This document shows positions 16,427 to 22,150 of a stretch of 22,150 nucleotides of DNA, in pieces; the first letter of the stretch is position 1, and the number at the start of each line of letters is the position of its first letter. A program made the position numbers and the translations under genes. This DNA comes from a virus (taxonomy: Duplodnaviria; Heunggongvirae; Uroviricota; Caudoviricetes): IMG/VR virus record IMGVR_UViG_2617270955_000009. One strand, 5' to 3'. The notes below the pieces were generated by a model, which worked only from the letters and a program-made list of their open reading frames with translations, searched no databases and was not told the origin of the DNA.

Positions 16427-16924
16427 TTAAGCCGGTACGCCGCCGGCGGTACGCCAGACGGTGACCAGTTTTTCCAGTGAATGCTCACGCTGACCGTAAC
16501 CGGCACCCGGCAGGGACGCCCAGATATTGCGACAGCGTGAAATGGCGCGCTCAATGCGTCCCGCCCGGATGTCATCCAGCGCACCGCGTTCGCGGATCAA
16601 CTGAATGGCGAGTCTGTCCTGTGACAACGGACTGAAATCAGGCAGGGCAAGCTGTTTGCGGTAGTGCGGCCAGAACAGGTAAAGCTGCTGATAGCGACCG
16701 GAGGCCGTGGATTTTTCACCGCGACGGTTAAACACCTTCGCAGGTCGGCCATGCGCGAACGGGTGGTCACTGTAGTCGGTGAAAATTTCCGGCTTCCCGT
16801 CCAGTCCGGTGACTATCACGTCATAGCCCCGGTTTTTCGTCAGCGGATGGTTCGCCGTCCCTTCGGACACGGCCAGCATGTCGAGAAAGGCGGCGATATT
16901 CTGATGCGTGTTAATTACCGGCAT
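16427..16924 (-). CDS. K: Endolysin K (lysozyme-family), 165 aa
   Basis: 165-aa ORF downstream of holin Y; matches P2 gpK size and position. Confidence 0.88.
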   Translation of the reverse strand: MPVINTHQNIAAFLDMLAVSEGTANHPLTKNRGYDVIVTGLDGKPEIFTDYSDHPFAHGRPAKVFNRRGEKSTASGRYQQLYLFWPHYRKQLALPDFSPLSQDRLAIQLIRERGALDDIRAGRIERAISRCRNIWASLPGAGYGQREHSLEKLVTVWRTAGGVPA

Positions 16925-17205
16925 TACGGTTTCCCCCTGCCCTTAAAACGGCGCTGAATGGCAATCTCAATCACCTGATAACCGGCGATACCCAGCATGG
17001 AGCCGATGCCGCACACCGCAGGCAGTGACAGGTCAGGAAACTGCACCAGAACAACACCGGCAACCATCGAGACAAAACCACCGAGCAACATGCGCCCGAT
17101 AAACAGACGCGGGGTGATGGGTTCACCACCGGCAAGCACCTTGCCGACAACAATCAGCACCCCAATCATGAAAAGCGACAGGACGCTTTTTTCTTCTGCT
17201 GTCAT
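16924..17205 (-). CDS. Y: Holin Y, 93 aa
   Basis: 93-aa ORF with hydrophobic TM segments and a charged C-terminus (RRFKGRGKP); position before K. Confidence 0.85.
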   Translation of the reverse strand: MTAEEKSVLSLFMIGVLIVVGKVLAGGEPITPRLFIGRMLLGGFVSMVAGVVLVQFPDLSLPAVCGIGSMLGIAGYQVIEIAIQRRFKGRGKP

Positions 17206-17208
17206 GCG

Positions 17209-17412
17209 TTACTCCCACAGATTGACAGTTTCAGCCACGGGCGCGGTCTGAACGTCGGGCAGTTCGACGGCGGTGCCGTGCGGCAGCACCGCCCCCAGTT
17301 CAGCCAGTCCCGGATTTGCGGCGAGCACGGCCTCGACCACGCCCTCAGTGCGCCCGTAATACCGGACACAAATGGCGTCGAGCGTGTCGCCCTGTAGCGC
17401 AAAGGTCTTCAT
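17209..17412 (-). CDS. X: Tail protein X (LysM-like), 67 aa
   Basis: ORF 17209..17481 contains MKTFALQGDTLDAICVRYYG... Start set at the internal Met, which gives the 67-aa P2 gpX and an ATGA overlap with the stop of L. Confidence 0.8.
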   Translation of the reverse strand: MKTFALQGDTLDAICVRYYGRTEGVVEAVLAANPGLAELGAVLPHGTAVELPDVQTAPVAETVNLWE

Positions 17413-17921
17413 CAGATTTGACTCACGATGCAGCGCGGCTTGTCCTGGATGCGCGCCACTGCCCAGCGCATATCCCGCCACAGCTCATCAATGGTGCTGT
17501 CTATGCTGTCGGCCTTTTTGTCGCCTTTCGCACTGGCATCCACGCCGCGATAACGCTCATAAAGCGACGCGGTCGCCATCGCACACACGGCGCGCTCGTA
17601 GTAAAAAACTTTGATGCTTTCACCGTCGATATCGTCCGCCGGGACGTCAGCCAGACGCGAAAAACCGGCAGCAATTTTCTGTTCGCGGTACTCGTACAGC
17701 TCCGCATTCGTCTCCGCCATGCCTGACTTGATGGCCTCACGCAGACGGGCGGGGGCGACGGTCTGCTCAAGGCGCATACGTTCCCGGACGCGCTTCGGGT
17801 CGATATCGGGAAAAAAGAACGTGTTTTTAATCACCGGCTCGTCGCCTGCCGGTTGCGGGATGACCGCCGTACCCTCACCGGACACGGGAGCCTCCTTTCG
17901 CGGAATAATCAGCGTCATCAT
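17412..17921 (-). CDS. L: Head completion/stabilisation protein L, 169 aa
   Basis: ORF 17412..17981 trimmed to the MMTLIIPRKEAPVSG start, which is preceded by a GAGG Shine-Dalgarno; this gives the 169-aa P2 gpL length. Confidence 0.82.
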   Translation of the reverse strand: MMTLIIPRKEAPVSGEGTAVIPQPAGDEPVIKNTFFFPDIDPKRVRERMRLEQTVAPARLREAIKSGMAETNAELYEYREQKIAAGFSRLADVPADDIDGESIKVFYYERAVCAMATASLYERYRGVDASAKGDKKADSIDSTIDELWRDMRWAVARIQDKPRCIVSQI

Positions 17922-18020
17922 GACTACCTCAGAAAAGTCGGGCGGTGGACGCCGGTGCAGTGTCAGGTGATTCACCCTCACTGACCGGCGTGCCGCCCTG
18001 GCGCGGGGCGCATTCGGTTG

Positions 18021-18764
18021 TTAACTGGCTTTCTTTTTCGGGCGTCCACGTTTTGCCGGTGTCGCACTCCGGGTCTTACGCGGGGCGCGGGTGGCCGCTT
18101 TTGGCTGCGGCTCCGGCTTCGGTTTCAGTTCCCGCTCCAGTCGTTCAATCTCTTTTTTGACGCCTGCCTGACAGTCGAGCTGTGTCGCACGTTGCAGGTG
18201 AGCCAGCGCACCGGCGGCATCACCACCGTCACGCAGAAACAGACCGGTAATTTTGTGCAGCTTTGCGCGCACTTCATCAGGCATGTCAGCCGTGGCGGTC
18301 AGTTCAAGGGTCTCCGTCAGCAGGCGGGTATCCACAGACTCACCGGCAGCGTGAGCGCGCATGGCCGCAAGCGCCACCTCCTCGGTGAACATGTACGGTG
18401 GGGTACGGCGGTGTTTACCCGGCATGGTCAGACCGTACTTCAGGGCATAACGGGCAATCTCCAGCGCACCGGCAATATCGCCGGTATCCAGACGCCACAG
18501 CATGACCGTCATCAGAATGTCATCCTGTGCACCTTTGCCCTGCTCCAGCACGCCGTTCACCCACGGCAACCAGAACGGCAGCAGTTCGCGTTTTTTCGCG
18601 GCCTTCAGCTCTTTTGAATAAATCGCTTTCAGTGTGCGCTGGTCTGCGGCGAGCTTAACCAGCATCTGCTCATAGACAGTTGCATGTCGCAGCGGGGCGG
18701 CTTCCCGCTGCGCGGTCATCGCTGCCGAGACCCGCATCATGTGGCGCTGTGCGGGACTCGTCAT
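18021..18764 (-). CDS. M: Terminase small (endonuclease) subunit M, 247 aa
   Basis: 247-aa ORF with a basic C-terminal tail (KRGRPKKKAS); matches P2 gpM size and position after N. Confidence 0.88.
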   Translation of the reverse strand: MTSPAQRHMMRVSAAMTAQREAAPLRHATVYEQMLVKLAADQRTLKAIYSKELKAAKKRELLPFWLPWVNGVLEQGKGAQDDILMTVMLWRLDTGDIAGALEIARYALKYGLTMPGKHRRTPPYMFTEEVALAAMRAHAAGESVDTRLLTETLELTATADMPDEVRAKLHKITGLFLRDGGDAAGALAHLQRATQLDCQAGVKKEIERLERELKPKPEPQPKAATRAPRKTRSATPAKRGRPKKKAS

Positions 18765-18767
18765 CGG

Positions 18768-19784
18768 TTACGCTCCCGGCTCTGCGGTCGCTTTAGCCAG
18801 TGTGGAGAAATCACCGACCTTAATTTTTTCCACCAGACAACCGGCGGCGTAGTCTTCCACCACGTAATCAATGTTCATTGACTCGTAGTTCTCCACGCGG
18901 TCGAGTTTCGGGTTTTCCTCAATCACGCGGCGATGGCTGTCATCCATGTAGTAGATGGACAGGTTTTCCAGCTTTGTGATGAGCATCGCATCCGCCGGGA
19001 AGTACGGGACGCGTACCGCCGGCAGGTTACCGATGCGTTTCTGGCTGATGATGACGTCAGCGGCCAGCATTTCGCTGTTGTCCTGCTCCTTGTTGACGAT
19101 GGGAAAATACTTGTCCGCCAGTAGCTGACGTCCCACAATCACCACAAGGTCAGGGTCTTCCTGATACCACGGCTCAATCAGGTTGTTGGTCGCATCCATC
19201 ACCAGTGCGTCAAGGCTGGCATAATCACCGCCCTTACCCACGCGGATAACCTCAGAGATGGTGTGCCCTTCCTCGTCAGTGACCTTGCTCATCACGCGCG
19301 CCGGTGCTTCATTGCGGTATTTCTGCAGCCAGCCGACCGCCACATCCTGTAGCATCGGATTACTGCTGCGGTCAGAGGTTTCGGCACGCCTCACGCCGTT
19401 AAAACCGGCCATGATTAAATCAAGGGACTGGCGTTTGATAATGGCGTTACGGATACGGAGCTGGAAATCCTGATAACGCGCCCACAGGTCAAGCGTTTTG
19501 TAGCGGATATAAAAATCGAAGTTAATCTGGTCGCATTCGTACTTGTTTGACGCCAGCTTCGAGAAGTCCTTCGGCTGACGCTCGGTGCCACCGGCGGTGT
19601 CGCTGGTGCTGGCGATGGAGCCGGTGACACCAATACCAATTTTTTCCCCTTTCATTTCGCTGACCGGCACAATGTTGATGCGGGTCAGAAAGTCAGAGGA
19701 CTCCTGCATGGTGTTCATCAGGGTCTGGGTGACCGACGGTTCAACGGTGAATTTTTTCGACACATCACCGGTGCGTATTTTCAT
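18768..19784 (-). pseudogene. N: Major capsid protein gene N, 5'-truncated by IS insertion (338 codons retained of about 357)
   Basis: ORF is P2 gpN-like from GDVSKKFTVEPSVTQTLMNTMQESSDF onward. The in-frame upstream sequence hits a stop within IS-type repeat sequence (GAGTGATCTCC), and the ATG at 19782-19784 is fortuitous at the junction. Confidence 0.8.
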
Positions 19785-19842
19785 GAAAGGAGATCACTCA
19801 ATAACTTCCATCGAGATCGGGTAATAACATTTGAACAGATCG

Positions 19843-19909
19843 CTGAATAACATCGATGGAGATCACTTTTGACTCATTTTGTTATTCAGTGATCTCCATC
19901 AATGTTATT
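19843..19909. repeat. Imperfect inverted repeat in the IS left terminus
   Basis: CTGAATAACATCGATGGAGATCACT (19843-19867) versus AGTGATCTCCATCAATGTTATT (19888-19909), 1 mismatch in 22 bp; related GGAGATCACTCAATAAC copy at 19789-19805. Confidence 0.7.
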
Positions 19910-19964
19910 GGAACTTCACAGGTGTGTTGATCTGTATCTTTTGCCATTCCGGTAAAGGATACCT

Positions 19965-21506
19965 ATGCCAACAGTTCCAATTTCTATGAGAAAACTTAAA
20001 GAAATTCTTAGGCTTAAATACGGTGTTGGACTCAGCCATCGACAAATTGGTCGTAGTCTTGCAATCTCCCCTTCCGTTGTATCCAGATATGCTAATCGGG
20101 CGGCTCAACTTGGCATAAAGCAGTGGCCCTTACCTACAGGATGGGATGATACAAAACTAAAACATGCGTTCCTTCAGACCCAGGTTAAGATGAAGAAGCA
20201 CTCTCTGCCTGACTGGGCTACAGTACACCGGGAACTGCGTAATAAATGCGTGACGCTGCAGCTACTCTGGGAAGAATACTGTGAGCGTAATCCAGGCGGT
20301 TTTTACAGCTATAACCATTACTGCCGGATGTACCGTGAATGGCTCAAAACCACTTCACCATCAATGCGTCAGGTACATAAAGCTGGCGAAAAACTTTTCG
20401 TTGATTACTGTGGACCTACCGTTGGCGTTACCGACCCTGAGACCGGAGAAATAAGAACTGCTCAGGTCATCGTAGCTGTTCTCGGGGCATCAAGTTACAC
20501 ATGGGCAGAGGCCACCTGGTCTCAGCAGCTTGAAGACTGGGTGATGAGTCATGTTCGCTGCTTCCAGTGGTTGGGTGGCGTTCCTGAACTTGTTGTTCCG
20601 GACAATCTGAAAAGCGCCACATCCAGGGCATGTAAGTATGATCCTGACGTTAACCCTACCTACCAGCAGATGCTTGAGCATTATAATGTCGCAGTTTTGC
20701 CTGCGCGGCCACGTAAACCGAAAGATAAAGCCAAAGCTGAAGTTGGCGTTCAGGTTGTTGAACGCTGGATCATGGCCCGAATCAGGCATGAGATCTTCTA
20801 CAGCCTTGCATCGCTTAATCAGCGCATTCGGGAGTTGCTGGAAAGACTGAATAACAAAATAATGCAGAAGTTGGGTTATTCACGTGCAGAACTCTTCATC
20901 CAGCTTGATAAACCCGCACTGAAGCCTCTTCCTGAAGCCAGTTACAGTTACACCCTGGTGAAGAAAGTCAGAGTTCATGCCGATTACCACGTGGAAATCG
21001 ACAAACATTACTACTCGGTTCCATGTTCGCTGTTAGGCCAGCAACTGGAAGCATGGATCTCCGGAGAACTGGTAAGACTCTTCAATCAGGGGCAGGAGGT
21101 TGCTGTGCACCCGCGCAAGCGTACTTATGGCTACAGTACCCGCAACGAGCACATGCCTGAAGCTCATCGACAGCATGCCACCTGGACGCCAGAGCGTCTT
21201 CTGGAATGGGCGGGGCACATAGGCAGTGAAACTCATAGTTATGTGCTTCATATACTGAACTCTCGTCCACATCCGGAACAAAGCTATCGCTTCTGCCTTG
21301 GACTCCTGAACCTTCATAAAAAATACAGTAAAGCCAGACTTAATGCAGCATGTGCAAGAGCTCTGAAAACAAAGGTATGGCGTCTGTCAGGTATTAAATC
21401 GATCCTGGAAAAAGGTCTGGATAAACAACCTGTTCAGGATCCAAAACCAGATCTGTTATCCACGATGGAACACGAAAACGTACGCGGCAGTGAGTATTAC
21501 CACTGA
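19965..21506 (+). CDS. istA: IS21-family transposase IstA, 513 aa
   Basis: 513-aa ORF with an N-terminal helix-turn-helix region (LSHRQIGRSLAISPSVVSRY) and a central integrase-like region; followed 12 nt later by an IstB-type gene. Confidence 0.85.
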   Translation: MPTVPISMRKLKEILRLKYGVGLSHRQIGRSLAISPSVVSRYANRAAQLGIKQWPLPTGWDDTKLKHAFLQTQVKMKKHSLPDWATVHRELRNKCVTLQLLWEEYCERNPGGFYSYNHYCRMYREWLKTTSPSMRQVHKAGEKLFVDYCGPTVGVTDPETGEIRTAQVIVAVLGASSYTWAEATWSQQLEDWVMSHVRCFQWLGGVPELVVPDNLKSATSRACKYDPDVNPTYQQMLEHYNVAVLPARPRKPKDKAKAEVGVQVVERWIMARIRHEIFYSLASLNQRIRELLERLNNKIMQKLGYSRAELFIQLDKPALKPLPEASYSYTLVKKVRVHADYHVEIDKHYYSVPCSLLGQQLEAWISGELVRLFNQGQEVAVHPRKRTYGYSTRNEHMPEAHRQHATWTPERLLEWAGHIGSETHSYVLHILNSRPHPEQSYRFCLGLLNLHKKYSKARLNAACARALKTKVWRLSGIKSILEKGLDKQPVQDPKPDLLSTMEHENVRGSEYYH

Positions 21507-21517
21507 TACGGGATCCA

Positions 21518-22150
21518 ATGATGAATCATCTTTACGAACAACTGACCGCACTTAAACTCACCGGCTTCCGTGATGCGCTTAAAAAGCAACTTGCTCAACC
21601 GGGCACATACCAGGAGCTGGGCTTCGAAGAACGCCTGTCATTACTGACAGCAGAAGAACTAACCTGCCGTGAAAACAGGAAGGCAGAGCGTCTGATCAAA
21701 CATGCACGGTTCAGACTTAATGCTGAGTTATCAAAGCTGGATTATCGTAACAATAGAGGGCTGGACAGGGCCCTCATCCGTTCACTCAGTCAGGGAAACT
21801 GGTTAACCCTGAAACAAAATATTTTACTGACCGGGGCCACCGGCAGCGGTAAAACGTTCCTGGCATGTGCACTTGGTCATAATGCCTGCCGACAGGGATA
21901 CAAGGTCTACTATTATCGCCTTAAAGCGCTGATGGAACAGTGCTATCAGGGGCATGCTGATGGAAGATACAGCAAACTTTTGACCAGGCTGAATAATAGC
22001 GATCTGCTGCTTCTGGATGACTGGGGGCTGGAACCTCTCTCATCAGAACAGCGTAGCGACCTGCTGGAAATAGTGGATCTGATGTACCAACGAGGCTCAA
22101 TCATCGTAGTGAGCCAGTTGCCGGTGGAAAACTGGTACAAAATGATCGGA
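21518..22150 (+). CDS. istB: IS21-family ATP-binding helper protein IstB (3'-partial, runs off window)
   Basis: My own translation from ATG 21518: MMNHLYEQLTALKLTGF... with Walker A GATGSGKT and Walker B LLLLDDWG; no stop before the window end. Confidence 0.8.
   Translation, partial: MMNHLYEQLTALKLTGFRDALKKQLAQPGTYQELGFEERLSLLTAEELTCRENRKAERLIKHARFRLNAELSKLDYRNNRGLDRALIRSLSQGNWLTLKQNILLTGATGSGKTFLACALGHNACRQGYKVYYYRLKALMEQCYQGHADGRYSKLLTRLNNSDLLLLDDWGLEPLSSEQRSDLLEIVDLMYQRGSIIVVSQLPVENWYKMIG

Larger units (their letters stand above)
19785..22150 (+). mobile_element. IS21-family insertion sequence (left end and istA-istB; right end beyond window)
   Basis: istA and istB-type ORFs preceded by about 180 bp of nested inverted/direct repeats typical of IS21-family termini. 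Left boundary is approximate (within about 15 bp). Confidence 0.78.

Noticed and set aside
17209-17981. Extended ORFs for X (90 aa) and L (189 aa)
   Set aside because: Internal Met starts give the P2-length products (67 and 169 aa) and produce ATGA-coupled or Shine-Dalgarno-preceded starts; the N-terminal extensions overlap upstream genes.
18018-18617. 199-aa plus-strand ORF and overlapping frames inside M
   Set aside because: Antisense to the terminase small-subunit gene; Arg/Gly-rich artefact.
1-22150. CRISPR arrays, tRNA or rRNA genes
   Set aside because: No regularly spaced direct repeats with unique spacers and no cloverleaf-like or rRNA-like segments were evident on reading; the only tandem repeats found are coding (H gene) or IS-terminal. 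A tRNAscan or CRISPR-finder run would be the definitive check.

Overview
The window is the late (virion and lysis) gene region of a P2-like enterobacterial prophage, encoded entirely on the minus strand in canonical P2 order. Reading from high to low coordinates: N (truncated), M, L, X, Y, K, lysA, lysB/lysC, R, S, V, W, J, I, H, G, [accessory island], FI, FII, E/E', T, U, D, ogr. All protein calls are from recognising the ORF-track translations and their lengths against P2 gene products; no database search was run. Two departures from a plain P2 late region stand out. (1) An AT-rich island of about 2.2 kb (about 6.6-8.9 kb) sits between tail-fibre assembly gene G and sheath gene FI, the slot that holds the Z/fun moron in P2. 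It carries a two-gene, translationally coupled operon: a roughly 200-aa four-helix membrane protein followed by a 349-aa protein with an exact DGQHR motif (DndB/ParB-like fold). No Dnd, Ssp or Dpd partner genes are present. This is the best candidate in the window for an uncharacterised phage-defence or exclusion system. (2) An IS21-family element (istA complete, istB running off the window end) is inserted into the 5' end of capsid gene N at about 19.8 kb, so the prophage is probably defective while still carrying the cargo operon. Also noted: the E/E' -1 frameshift site, the lysB/lysC spanin overlap, and a longer-than-P2 tail fibre H with internal repeats and a histidine-rich C-terminus. No tRNA, rRNA or CRISPR array was seen.
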